Shown: positions 8,472-17,725 of the stretch, one piece after another | How positions within the stretch are numbered: the first letter of the stretch is position 1 | How the letters are laid out: every line of letters begins with the position of its first letter | Origin: a virus | Lineage: Duplodnaviria > Caudoviricetes | Reading direction: 5' to 3' (one strand) | DNA: 43,984 bases | IMG/VR virus record: IMGVR_UViG_3300037419_000748 | Span: 1 to 43,984 of that record | The notes under the pieces: model-generated | What the model was told of the DNA's origin: nothing | Database searches by the model: none | What the model saw: the letters and a program-made list of their open reading frames with translations, nothing else | Made by a program: the position numbers and the translations under genes

Positions 8472-9147
8472 TGCCTTCCTCCTTCCCACTGTTCATAGGT
8501 GTTGGGGCGGCAACTCGTTTCCAGTGTGTGACATAGCCGGTACTGGTCAGGTCACACAGAAATCCGGCGAAGCGCTCCGGGATTTGAGACACCTCAATCC
8601 ACGCGTTATCGGGGTAGCCTGGATGCGCATCGTTGGCGACTCTGCCAGCGTAACGTGAGACCAGCACACGCTCTCCCGGCTGCGGCAACTCGTCTTTCAC
8701 GTCGATCCATGCCTCTGCTGCTCCAGCAGGGCGACCGTCGATGTAGGCGATGAGGGTGCGTAGAGCCTCGCGGTCATCGCCAATGAACAGGGCTCGCACG
8801 TCGTACAGAAGTTCGCGGAACTTGGGATCGTCGCCGATGCTCGCCGTCTTCCGCTCTGCCAGGTCGCGCTCAAGCTGGCGGATACGGGCGGCACACTGGC
8901 TTTGCATGCTCTCGATGTACGCAATCACATCGTCCATGAACGGGTCCGCGCCCTTGTGGTCGTCGATCCACTTCGGCAGTTCTTCCCCCATAGGGGCGGA
9001 AGGAGCGGTGCGGCGGCCACGATCTTCTTCCAGAACGCGCTTGATCTTGCGAAGCGTCGCCTCGGTGTAAGCGCCGGGGCCGCGCCAACCCATGATGCCC
9101 GCGATTTCCATATCGCTGATGCCGATGCCTTTCAGTTCGTTGCTCAT
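8464..9147 (-). CDS. DUF551-like C-terminal domain protein
   Basis: WIDVKDELPQPGERVLV...VTHWK. Confidence 0.7.
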   Translation of the reverse strand: MSNELKGIGISDMEIAGIMGWRGPGAYTEATLRKIKRVLEEDRGRRTAPSAPMGEELPKWIDDHKGADPFMDDVIAYIESMQSQCAARIRQLERDLAERKTASIGDDPKFRELLYDVRALFIGDDREALRTLIAYIDGRPAGAAEAWIDVKDELPQPGERVLVSRYAGRVANDAHPGYPDNAWIEVSQIPERFAGFLCDLTSTGYVTHWKRVAAPTPMNSGKEEGNG

Positions 9148-10520
9148 TTCCCCTCCTGTGCCGCGCTGGAGGCGATTGCTGCGTCCAGTTGCTCTCGCGC
9201 TGGCCTGTCGGTCACGAAGTCGTAACTATTCCACTTGAAGCCGCGTTCTTTGCTGCGTTGAAGCCACGCTTCGATGTGTTCGACTCGCTCGGTATCCTCG
9301 CCAGCATTCGCTGCATGTGAAGCTCCCTGCTTGGCGAGTGCATCCTCGGCCTTGACTGCGCGCTCCAGCAACGTGCCATAGTATTTGCGTGCCTCGGGGT
9401 ATTCCATGCCCTCGTAACCAGCGGCATCAAGTGCCGCAACCAGCGGGTATACGTGCTCGGACCAATTCAGCGTATTCAGGCCGACGATGCTGTTCCGGAT
9501 TTCGTTGATCTTGCGCAGCGCTTCGTCCATCGCAGCATCCCGGCTGAGTGCTGTGGCGCGGGTCTCCAACTCGACTAAGCCAAGCCCCTTGCAGGAAATG
9601 CAGGTTTCTTTGCTGGGGTAGACGCCCGTCCCGAAACAATCAAGGCATTGCTCCCCGCTCGCGCTTGCCATGGTTATTGCTTGGGCGCGACCACTTTCCT
9701 TGTCGAGCCACGCAACGTGCTCGGCTTTGGCCTGATCTTTCGCGCTTGCCGTGGTGGCCGCAGGGGTAAAGCGCTCGGGCCGACGTTTGCAGCCATCCCG
9801 ATGTTCGCTGCCCCAGCTATTGCAGTCGGCGCAATACCCCGCTCCTGCCTGCTGTGCGGCCCGTGCGCGCTGCAATACTTCGATCCGATGCAAGATGACG
9901 TCGGGAGATACCCAGCCGGTGCGGGTGATGCCAAGGGCTTCTTGCACGCGCAGCACAGTTTCGCCATGGTCCGGCTCTTCAAACTCGCCTTCATCGTCTT
10001 CGTCTTCGGCAGGTACGGCTTTCTGACTGACTGCGGGCGCCGCTTCGATCATCGCGCGATAGCTGGCGTTGTATCCGTGTGCGCCGGGTGTATCGAAACC
10101 TGCCTGCTGCATCTCGAGCGTCGGCTCCAGCGGCACCAACTTGTAGCCTTCGGGGACTGCGGGCGATGCGAGGGCGGCGCGGGCGCGCTGCATCTTTGTC
10201 TTCACCTGCTGCGCGAGTTTCTGCCCAGCCTCATGGCCCTCATTCGATGCGCGCCCAAACAGATAGGCCAGATCGCATTCGATTTCGTCGTACAGATCCA
10301 GCGTCCTCTCATCTCCTGCCGCAACGCTCGGCTCTGCGCGGCGAACGAGCGAATCGGCGATGTCTCGCAGTTCGTTGGCCTTGTAGATCAGGTCGTCAGC
10401 CAGCATACCGTCGATTTCGATTGCCTCATCTTCAAGGTCGCGCGCGATTTCCTTGATGTGCTCTGCAACTTCGTTTGGCGTCAGGCTGTCCATGTCGACG
10501 CCTTCGGTCTGGTTATCCAT
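9144..10520 (-). CDS. Mosaic hypothetical protein
   Basis: Long ORF; modules VPEGYKLVPLEPT..M...YRAMIEAAP and CxxCxGxG...CxxCxGxG. Confidence 0.7.
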   Translation of the reverse strand: MDNQTEGVDMDSLTPNEVAEHIKEIARDLEDEAIEIDGMLADDLIYKANELRDIADSLVRRAEPSVAAGDERTLDLYDEIECDLAYLFGRASNEGHEAGQKLAQQVKTKMQRARAALASPAVPEGYKLVPLEPTLEMQQAGFDTPGAHGYNASYRAMIEAAPAVSQKAVPAEDEDDEGEFEEPDHGETVLRVQEALGITRTGWVSPDVILHRIEVLQRARAAQQAGAGYCADCNSWGSEHRDGCKRRPERFTPAATTASAKDQAKAEHVAWLDKESGRAQAITMASASGEQCLDCFGTGVYPSKETCISCKGLGLVELETRATALSRDAAMDEALRKINEIRNSIVGLNTLNWSEHVYPLVAALDAAGYEGMEYPEARKYYGTLLERAVKAEDALAKQGASHAANAGEDTERVEHIEAWLQRSKERGFKWNSYDFVTDRPAREQLDAAIASSAAQEGK

Positions 10521-11919
10521 GGTTCTGTCCTTTCTCTGCGCGGGCATAGTTACGGCAGGTCTTTTTCGGCCAGCCGCATTCGCAGTTCGATCCATCATCC
10601 CCCTCGTAGGCGCAGGCGTTTTGCGTCGGCAGTTCGCCGATCTTCACCAGCTTTCTGGAATCGATGCCGTAAGCGGCCAATTCATTGCTTTCCTCACTGC
10701 TGAATGCACCGCCTTCCTGGGTGTTAGCTGATCCAGTCTGGAGAGCGCGAATCGCGTCCGAGCACATATCGGCGCCGTCACCGACACCTTCTGTGTGGGA
10801 GTTCGCGCGGTTGGGATTGTTGGGCGCGTGCTTCCCGCGTCCCTTGTACTGGTCCCAATAGTCCGAGCAGATCTCGTCGCAGAGCTTCGCCGCTTCTTCC
10901 AGAGCCTGATTGCGGATTGCCTCGGCGTTCTGTGCGCCGGCAGGAGCGACCTCGGCAAGAAGGGCTTTGGCGCGCGGAATCCAGCAGGAGCCGTTCATGT
11001 CCTTGCCAGACTCGCAAACATCTTCCAGAAACTCGCGCCAGCCTTCCGGTACTCCCTGCGCCTGTCTTGCCAGGGATGCAGCGACAGCGTTTACAAGCGC
11101 GAAGTCCCAGTCATCGCCATCCATGCCGTCCTGTTGCCTGATGCCGTCGCGGATCTGCTTCATGCGCGCCATGCTGATCAGTTCGTTCTCGCTTTCCAAG
11201 CCAGTCGCCGGCTGCTCTGCTTTCGCTTGGCGTGCCAGATATGCGGCAATCGCAGCGCGGGCGATGGCACGGGCGAAGCTGATCGGCAGGATATAATCGC
11301 CGTCGCGGCTTTCGGCAGTGCGTGTTTTGTCTGCGATTTCGATGATCTGCTCATCCGTCAGATCGACGGTCGGCTGGCTTGCGATGTGCAATGCAATCGC
11401 AGCGCGGGCGTAGTTGACCGCATATGCGTGGGCGCGCTCTTTCTCGGCCTCGGAAATTCCGAAGTATTCGGGCAGCGGCGGCAGATCGCCGGTCGGATGC
11501 GATAGTGGAGCAGGAGCGGCGAGAAGCGCTTTGATGACGGCATGGCAGTCCGACAGGCGGCAGGCCAAGTCCATCGCGCCTTCGTTGTAGCTGGTTTCTT
11601 CCAGGTTGCGCAGAAGTCGAGCAATGTTCACGCCTGCGATTTCTTCTGGCGCGGTCGGCTGCTCTGCGCCATCCTCGTCCATCATCTTGCCGGCCATCGA
11701 CAGAATGCCTTTCAGCGTACCGGCGACAGCGTATTTCTGCGATGCAGGAGGAGTAGGAGCGGCGGCGAGCATTGCGCGGTAGATTGCCTCAGCCTTGATA
11801 GCGTCGCTCGGGCGCCAGTTGCCGCTCACTGGGAGGCCTGCCGCATCGCACATTTCATTGGTGGCGGTCAGCGGCACCAGTTTCCAGCCTGCCGTAGTTT
11901 CGAATTCTCGGTTGCTCAT
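10513..11919 (-). CDS. Mosaic hypothetical protein
   Basis: Modules GWKLVP..AT.EM..YRAMLAAAP, LPPLP..YARAAIA, LTDEQI..FARAI, RNQALEEAAKLCD..AIRAL. Confidence 0.75.
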   Translation of the reverse strand: MSNREFETTAGWKLVPLTATNEMCDAAGLPVSGNWRPSDAIKAEAIYRAMLAAAPTPPASQKYAVAGTLKGILSMAGKMMDEDGAEQPTAPEEIAGVNIARLLRNLEETSYNEGAMDLACRLSDCHAVIKALLAAPAPLSHPTGDLPPLPEYFGISEAEKERAHAYAVNYARAAIALHIASQPTVDLTDEQIIEIADKTRTAESRDGDYILPISFARAIARAAIAAYLARQAKAEQPATGLESENELISMARMKQIRDGIRQQDGMDGDDWDFALVNAVAASLARQAQGVPEGWREFLEDVCESGKDMNGSCWIPRAKALLAEVAPAGAQNAEAIRNQALEEAAKLCDEICSDYWDQYKGRGKHAPNNPNRANSHTEGVGDGADMCSDAIRALQTGSANTQEGGAFSSEESNELAAYGIDSRKLVKIGELPTQNACAYEGDDGSNCECGWPKKTCRNYARAEKGQNHG

Positions 11920-12308
11920 GCTGTCTCTTTCTCGTTTTGGTTGAACTGCACGTTTTGCTGTGCGCCGAATGCCTGGATCAGTTCCAGCAGGTCTGACATC
12001 TCGCGCTTGGTCATGCTGCTGGTGGACTGGCCAAGTACAACAAAACCGCCATCAAGGCCCGGAACCACGTCTTGCTTTTTCAGCGATGACGAGAAGATGT
12101 GCTTCCACGACTCCGGGCTCAAGCGCCGGCCGTGCCATACAACCTGCTCGCTTACGTCGGTCAACATGGCCCACATGGCGGCGTTCTGCTCAAGGTTACG
12201 GGTCGGCTCGGACACGGTGACGCAGTAGCCGACCGGCGCTTCCTCGATGAATCGCAGCGCGTTACGCCGAGCCTGATCGTGAGCCAAAATAAACGTACGC
12301 TTAGCCAT
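11916..12308 (-). CDS. ninB: NinB/Orf recombination mediator
   Basis: RNLEQNAAMWAMLTDVSEQV.WHG..LSPESWK...VPGLDGGFV.LG.STS.M...EMSDLLELI.AFG. Confidence 0.92.
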   Translation of the reverse strand: MAKRTFILAHDQARRNALRFIEEAPVGYCVTVSEPTRNLEQNAAMWAMLTDVSEQVVWHGRRLSPESWKHIFSSSLKKQDVVPGLDGGFVVLGQSTSSMTKREMSDLLELIQAFGAQQNVQFNQNEKETA

Positions 12309-12532
12309 TACGCCATCACTTCCCTGCGCAGCGCATTGAAGTCCAGGCCCTGCAACCGGTCGATCATCTCGTCGTGGGTCAGGTCGAACACTTCGACCAG
12401 TGCGTCGACGATCTCGATGTCGGACGGCTCGTCGCTGAAGACGTCGGCCGCGTCGACCAGGTGCGGATACTCGGTGGCGCTGGCGTCGTGCAGGAACTGC
12501 GCTACCAGTGCGTTGGCGTGTTGGGGTGTCAT
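12308..12532 (-). CDS. Hypothetical acidic protein
   Basis: Coupled between exonuclease and ninB. Confidence 0.65.
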   Translation of the reverse strand: MTPQHANALVAQFLHDASATEYPHLVDAADVFSDEPSDIEIVDALVEVFDLTHDEMIDRLQGLDFNALRREVMA

Positions 12533-14340
12533 GCTGCGACCTCATTGGCTTGAACTGCATTGATGTGACGGACCAGGGCGGCACAGATTGCCGGGAACGA
12601 ATCCTCGTGATACAGCTTGGCTGACTTGTCGGTGGCGGCCGGCGCGAAGCCGAGACGCATCAGGCCGTCTACCGTCAGCGCAATGGGGGCCAGGCGCTCG
12701 TTGATTTGGCCCAGGCGCAGCGTCGGCGCCGTCGCCGGCGGCATGCGCACACCATCTGAGTCCGTGTTGCCCAACACCGCCGATGCAATTGCCGGCCGAT
12801 TTGACACGGGATGCAGCGTCACCGGAGCGGGAATAATTTGCGGCTCGGTTTGCACCTGGGCGACCTCGGCCGGCCGGGACTGCGCACGTGCGATGGCATC
12901 CTCGCGTGCGTGCGCATCCGCCTCGGCTTGGACCCGGGCAGCTTCCTGATCCTTACGCGCACGCTCGGCATCAGCTGCTACCTTCTCAGCCTTGACGCGC
13001 TCCTCCTCGGCGATCCGCACGCGCAACGCTTCCGCCTTCGCGGCTTCGGCCTTCTCGTGCTCGGCGATGCGTAGCTTGACCAACGCGGTCAAGTCGTCTG
13101 CATCCTTGAGCACGATGGACGGTGTGTCGGCGAACAGGAACGCATGGGCGCCAGCCAGTTCGCGCAGTGTGGCCAGGTTGATCTGGATGCGATCAGCAAC
13201 CGCGTTCGCCTCGATCTTGAAGCGTGCCAGCTCGGTGTCGACCGCATCGCGCAGGCTGGTGACGGTCTTTTTCCCCTTCATGACGCCGGCGAAGTCGACA
13301 GCGATGGTCGGCATGTACGGCTTGCCGAGGCGCGCATTCAGCGCCGCGATGTGGGCCGCGGCCTTGTCCTTGCCGGCCTGCTGGATCTCGACACGGATCG
13401 TTTCCTTGCGCGCCTTGACGACCTTTTCCAGCATCAGGCGCGTCTTGCGGGCCAGTTCCTTGTAGCTGGCGACGGTGCGCACCATCTCGTCGACGGCCGA
13501 GACCTGGCCCAGCGCGGAGGCTTCGGCGGCACCCAGCGCATTCTCGGCGCGTTCCATCACCTTGATAGCCTGCTCGGCATCGGCAAAGGCCTGGTCGTCG
13601 CTGGGGTTCGTGTCGATGTCGGCGATGAACGACTGTAGCCGCTCGCCGAACAGGACCAAGTTGTGGTTCAGCGTGAGTTGACCGTCGACGCGGATCGATA
13701 GGGCAGGGAGGTCTTGCACGGCGGCAGCGACCGCGGCTGGAAGCGCTTCGACCGGTTGGTATGCGGCCACGTCGATCTCAAACTGCGCCCAGCCGGCGAC
13801 GATGTCTGCGCGCAGTGATTCATTCGCTTCGTACCAGCAATGGCGTTCCTCGACCAGTTCGTCGTTTTCCCACTTCGAAGCCATGAACAGGATTCGGCCG
13901 GCTCCGGAGACCATGCATTGCTGTTCCATCTGAACCTGGTACATCATCGGCAGGTCGTGACCGTCGCATCCCTCAACCATCACAGCGCGCAGGTCGTCGT
14001 TGAGCGACTTGTGTTCAAAACCTATGGCTTCGGACATCGTCAGGCCGTCGAAGCTGGCCGAATACTTCCCCTCGGAGCCAACGACCGGGTACAGGTCTTC
14101 GCCGATGATATGTTCGGCCAGCGGGCGGGCCAGCGCTTCGAAGTGATGACCATCGTCGAAGCGAGCCTGCGTGAAGGCGTCGACCTCTTTGCTGACGCCG
14201 GTCGCGTACTCGCGGACCAGCTCGGAGCGTGTCTTGTACGCCGACACGCCCATCATGGCCGGTGCGTCACTGGCGTTGAAATGAGCGGCGCGATAGGCCG
14301 CCCATTCCGGCGTTCCTTGAATCAGGTCATGGATGAACAT
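12529..14340 (-). CDS. YqaJ-like (lambda-exonuclease family) recombination nuclease with long helical C-terminus
   Basis: QGTPEW..R...ASDA..MMG.S.YKT; SASFDG; FEHK; YQVQMEQQ. Confidence 0.92.
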   Translation of the reverse strand: MFIHDLIQGTPEWAAYRAAHFNASDAPAMMGVSAYKTRSELVREYATGVSKEVDAFTQARFDDGHHFEALARPLAEHIIGEDLYPVVGSEGKYSASFDGLTMSEAIGFEHKSLNDDLRAVMVEGCDGHDLPMMYQVQMEQQCMVSGAGRILFMASKWENDELVEERHCWYEANESLRADIVAGWAQFEIDVAAYQPVEALPAAVAAAVQDLPALSIRVDGQLTLNHNLVLFGERLQSFIADIDTNPSDDQAFADAEQAIKVMERAENALGAAEASALGQVSAVDEMVRTVASYKELARKTRLMLEKVVKARKETIRVEIQQAGKDKAAAHIAALNARLGKPYMPTIAVDFAGVMKGKKTVTSLRDAVDTELARFKIEANAVADRIQINLATLRELAGAHAFLFADTPSIVLKDADDLTALVKLRIAEHEKAEAAKAEALRVRIAEEERVKAEKVAADAERARKDQEAARVQAEADAHAREDAIARAQSRPAEVAQVQTEPQIIPAPVTLHPVSNRPAIASAVLGNTDSDGVRMPPATAPTLRLGQINERLAPIALTVDGLMRLGFAPAATDKSAKLYHEDSFPAICAALVRHINAVQANEVAA

Positions 14341-14349
14341 AGTGGCTCC

Positions 14350-15189
14350 TTATTCGTTTTCGTGAGCCCACGAATCAATCGTGAGCTTCTGTTCTTCCGA
14401 CAGCGTCGTCTTCGTGCTGAGCATGGCGATCAGCGCCGCCGGCGTCTTCTTTCCGGAGACGATCAACTCGCGCCACGCGGCCTGGTTCTCGGCGAACTTT
14501 TCAGCCGAGCACGAGGGCAGGGCGGCCGCTACCTTCGGCTGCGTGGCCTGCTTGGGCGTGATGTCGACTTCCGCAACCTCGAAATTCTTGCCTTCCATTT
14601 CGTCGGCCGTGGGGGCGCCGCCAGTCATTTCAGGGAACGCCTTGCGCAGCGCCTGGGCTTCGGCGCACTTCCCGAGTTGTCCCATCGAGCGCTTTTTCCA
14701 CATGGTGTTTGGCGCTTCGGTATCCTTGCCGGCGGTGGCGTAGTTCTCGATCCAGTACTCTTTCGCGAAAAATTCCGCGATGGCGCCGTTTGGCATCAGG
14801 CGCTTCACGACGACGCGGCACCACTCCGGAACGCGCAGGCTGACCCCGCTCAAGGTGAGGTCGATCATCGGACCGTATTCCGGCTCGCCGATTCCTGCGA
14901 GTGCGCCGCTGCGCGCCGCCTGGGTGCGGTACAGCCCAATGCCGGGCATGATGACGTCGCGCATCGACTTACTGTGCTTGTCCCACATCGGCACGATATG
15001 CACCGGCTTTTGCATGGGATCGAGGCCGGCCGCACGGCAGTAGCCGATCACCAGCTTGATGCTACCCATCGCCGCGCCCGGGTACAGACTCGATTGCAGG
15101 ACATCAATGAGCTCTTCCTCCAGCATCGTCAGCGCGGTCCCGCCGAAATCCTGACGAACGGTCAGGGCGTTTTGAACTGGTGCGTTCAC
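14350..15189 (-). CDS. bet: Bet/RecT-family single-strand annealing protein
   Basis: YCRAAGLDPMQKPVHIVPMW...MPGIGLYR..AARSG...W.K....QL.KCAEAQALRKAFPE. Confidence 0.93.
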   Translation of the reverse strand: MNAPVQNALTVRQDFGGTALTMLEEELIDVLQSSLYPGAAMGSIKLVIGYCRAAGLDPMQKPVHIVPMWDKHSKSMRDVIMPGIGLYRTQAARSGALAGIGEPEYGPMIDLTLSGVSLRVPEWCRVVVKRLMPNGAIAEFFAKEYWIENYATAGKDTEAPNTMWKKRSMGQLGKCAEAQALRKAFPEMTGGAPTADEMEGKNFEVAEVDITPKQATQPKVAAALPSCSAEKFAENQAAWRELIVSGKKTPAALIAMLSTKTTLSEEQKLTIDSWAHENE

Positions 15190-15244
15190 GTCTCTCTCCT
15201 GGTCAATTGATGATGTGGATCGCTTTCCCTGTCAGTCCCACAGA

Positions 15245-15397
15245 TCACGGCGGCCACTTCGTGCACGCGATCACCAGAAGATCAACCACGGCCAGCAGCG
15301 TCAGGCCGAGCAGCTTGACCTTGGCGGCGGCGAGTTCGCGTTCGGTGATACGGGAGCGACGCGATGCGGGAACGGCGGCGTTCGTGTGGAAGTCCAT
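15245..15397 (-). CDS. Small membrane peptide (50 aa)
   Basis: MDFHTN...LLGLTLLAVVDLLVIAC; AAGGAG RBS. Confidence 0.5.
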   Translation of the reverse strand: MDFHTNAAVPASRRSRITERELAAAKVKLLGLTLLAVVDLLVIACTKWPP

Positions 15398-15416
15398 GAC
15401 GATCTCCTTGGTTGAA

Positions 15417-15623
15417 TTACCAGCTGCGGATTTGATTCCGGCGCGCGATCAGCACGACAGCGTGCACGCGCATGTCCTTTTCCATGCCGACCAGGTCCGA
15501 GCGCAGCCGCATGTAGTGGTCGGCCTGCGCTTCGGCCTCGGCGATCTGCAGGTCGGCCAGCCACAGCGCGATTGGCTTGAGGATCTTGCGCACCAGGCGG
15601 CGCGCGATGCGGGCGGCGATCAT
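15417..15623 (-). CDS. Hypothetical protein
   Basis: ATGA-coupled ORF in the leftward operon. Confidence 0.6.
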   Translation of the reverse strand: MIAARIARRLVRKILKPIALWLADLQIAEAEAQADHYMRLRSDLVGMEKDMRVHAVVLIARRNQIRSW

Positions 15624-15877
15624 TTGGCACGCTCCGCGAGCATGGCGTCGGCCTCTCTGTACGCAGCTGCAGCTCGTGCGTTTGCGCCGATGCCCTGATC
15701 CATAAGGGCCTGCATCGCCTTCGCCGCGAAGTAGTCGCGCAGCGTCATGCCGGGGAAGTGGTGGCCGTGCTTACAGCCGTCCGGGACGTTTGCTCCAGTC
15801 ACCGGATCGATCGCCGGTCCGTCGACCACGAATGTCTGCGGAAATGCATATCCGCCGTCGTTACGTCGTTCCATCAT
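15620..15877 (-). CDS. Conserved small phage protein (GG.AFP...GMTLRDYFAAKAM family)
   Basis: Recognisable motif GMTLRDYFAAKAMQ...AY..ADAML.ER. Confidence 0.8.
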   Translation of the reverse strand: MMERRNDGGYAFPQTFVVDGPAIDPVTGANVPDGCKHGHHFPGMTLRDYFAAKAMQALMDQGIGANARAAAAYREADAMLAERAK

Positions 15878-16009
15878 CTCTCCTCGTCCTGGCCTGCGGT
15901 TGTTGTTAGGCGTGGCGTCGGGCTACTTTCGCGACTCCCGATCCTTGGCACACTCGTGCCGGGCATATCGGGGCATGGGTACTAGCCATGCGGCTACGGT
16001 CATGCGACT

Positions 16010-16177
16010 GCCACACAGAAGCGGGCCGGTGCTGATCTCCGGCTTTCGGTAGGTTCAACCGCGACGCGCAGGTTCACTTGTTACTGCTCGACGCTCAGGA
16101 CGCTTATGCCACCTTGTGGGTGGGTTCGCGTTTTCCCTCATCTGCGCATCAGCCTGCGCATTCCGCTTCTGTGTGGC
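16010..16177 (-). ncRNA. Candidate structured RNA with kissing loops
   Basis: Perfect 15-bp closing stem; two hairpins with complementary loops GCUGA/UCAGC; intergenic. Confidence 0.6.
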
Positions 16178-16206
16178 GACTGGCTTACGACCAGTCAGGC
16201 GTCCTG

Positions 16207-16419
16207 CTACGCGCCAGTGCGCGCCACTTGTGTCGCACCGGCCTGTTTTCCGTGCTGGTAGATAGTCCACACGTCGTGCTGTTGAACCATCGGCGCAACG
16301 CGTCGCGCCCAGGCTTCAACTCGCATACGCTCTAACGCGGTATCGCAGTAACCGCAATCCAACTGGCCCCATGTCTGTTTCGACAGGCTGCCAGTGTCAT
16401 TGCAATGAGGGCAGTTCAT
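16207..16419 (-). CDS. Small Zn-finger-like protein
   Basis: CPHC...CGYC. Confidence 0.65.
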   Translation of the reverse strand: MNCPHCNDTGSLSKQTWGQLDCGYCDTALERMRVEAWARRVAPMVQQHDVWTIYQHGKQAGATQVARTGA

Positions 16420-16778
16420 GCGAGCACTCCGTTAGTCCACAGCCAGCGCATGGCGCGCTCGGACAGCGATTCCTCGACCCGGTGCCGCTCCATGTCGTCG
16501 ACGTCCTTCTCGGCCAGCGCCTCGGCTTCATGGAAGATCGCCAGTTCGACGGCTGCCGCGTGATCCACGCCCACCGCTGCGGAATGGCCGATCACGGCTT
16601 GGCGCAGCACGTCGCACGCATCGCCTTCGAAGTCGCCCAGGTCGAGCCGTTCCAGCACGGCAGAGACGGTCGACGCGCGGTTCACACGGATGTCGTGCTT
16701 GATTGCTTGGATACGGGCGTCGATCAACTGGCAGATCTTGTCTTCGCGCGCCTCGGCGTCGTAGGGGAAGCGGTCCAT
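16416..16778 (-). CDS. Hypothetical protein
   Basis: MDRFPYDAE...; GGAGG RBS. Confidence 0.65.
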   Translation of the reverse strand: MDRFPYDAEAREDKICQLIDARIQAIKHDIRVNRASTVSAVLERLDLGDFEGDACDVLRQAVIGHSAAVGVDHAAAVELAIFHEAEALAEKDVDDMERHRVEESLSERAMRWLWTNGVLA

Positions 16779-16779
16779 G

Positions 16780-17184
16780 TCAAGCCTCCGCTGCGGCAAG
16801 GGCGGCGCGGGCACGCTGAATACGAGCGTCGTCAGCGGGATCTTTTCCACTCTGCTCGATCTCCACAGCCAGATCGTTGGTCGTCACGCGCAGTGCCGCC
16901 ACCAACTTCTCACGCAGCGCGCGCTCCTTCGTCAGCACCTCTTCCGCCTCGCGCACATCCTCGGTAGCCTGCTCCCAGCCAGTGCGGGCGTCGTTCAGGT
17001 CTTCGCGCAGAATGACGTTTTCTGCCACCAGTTGCCTCTCGCGCTCGGTCGTAGTTCCATGCACGATGGCGTTCAGGTCACTCCACTGCGCCAGGCTGAT
17101 CGTTGCACTGCAGTCGGCCTCGTAGCCGGTGCTGGCTTCCAGTTTCATCGTCAGCTTGGCGCTGACAGGTTCGGTGCTTGGCAT
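16780..17184 (-). CDS. Hypothetical coiled-coil protein
   Basis: MPSTEPVSAK...RARAALAAAEA; GGAGAG RBS. Confidence 0.65.
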   Translation of the reverse strand: MPSTEPVSAKLTMKLEASTGYEADCSATISLAQWSDLNAIVHGTTTERERQLVAENVILREDLNDARTGWEQATEDVREAEEVLTKERALREKLVAALRVTTNDLAVEIEQSGKDPADDARIQRARAALAAAEA

Positions 17185-17237
17185 CACTCTCTCCGTCTGA
17201 CATGTAGGGCGTGGCAATCAGAAGTTCAAATCGTTCG

Positions 17238-17341
17238 GTTACAAGGGAGTCGGCTGCCCGGGTTTCCCCGTACGCTCGGTGACAGCCACCGCATACGCCT
17301 CACCGAATGGGCGCATGCAGCACAACCGACTCTCTTGTAAC
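17238..17341 (-). ncRNA. Candidate structured RNA / pseudoknot
   Basis: 16-bp closing stem (1 mismatch); internal hairpins with G-U pairs on the minus strand; GAAA tetraloop; UCGGUGA/UCACCGA complementarity. Confidence 0.5.
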
Positions 17342-17474
17342 GCCCGTCTTCCCGGGCTGCCAGGCATGCCGCGCGTCCCGAAAACCTCGTGGAGATCGAG
17401 GGGAACCAGGACTTCCCATACGCACATGCCTGCTGGTGTTATGTGCCGACAGCCAGCTACGGTCTGCCGTGAAA

Positions 17475-17717
17475 CTAGTACGACTGCTTGACGTCCCGGT
17501 ACTGGTACGGCTTGAGCGGCTTGTCCAATCGGAGCGCGTCGACTTCAGCGCGCGCTTCCTCCAGCAGTGCCGGGTCGGGGCGCAAGCAGAGTGCGATCGC
17601 ATCCACGTATCCGCGCTGGTAAATCCGGTCATATAAGTCGGCCGGGTGCTTGGCGATGCGCAGGTTGTCGAGCAGGATGCGCAGCGCGATGTCGCCGGGG
17701 CGTGTGGAGTTCAACAT
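17475..17717 (-). CDS. Hypothetical protein
   Basis: GAGGA RBS; leftward operon. Confidence 0.6.
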   Translation of the reverse strand: MLNSTRPGDIALRILLDNLRIAKHPADLYDRIYQRGYVDAIALCLRPDPALLEEARAEVDALRLDKPLKPYQYRDVKQSY

Positions 17718-17725
17718 GGCGTTCC

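Noticed and set aside
16010-16177. tRNA or hammerhead ribozyme
   Set aside because: No anticodon arm or canonical cloverleaf; CAGAUGAG...CGAAA only resembles the hammerhead core and I could not build the required stems
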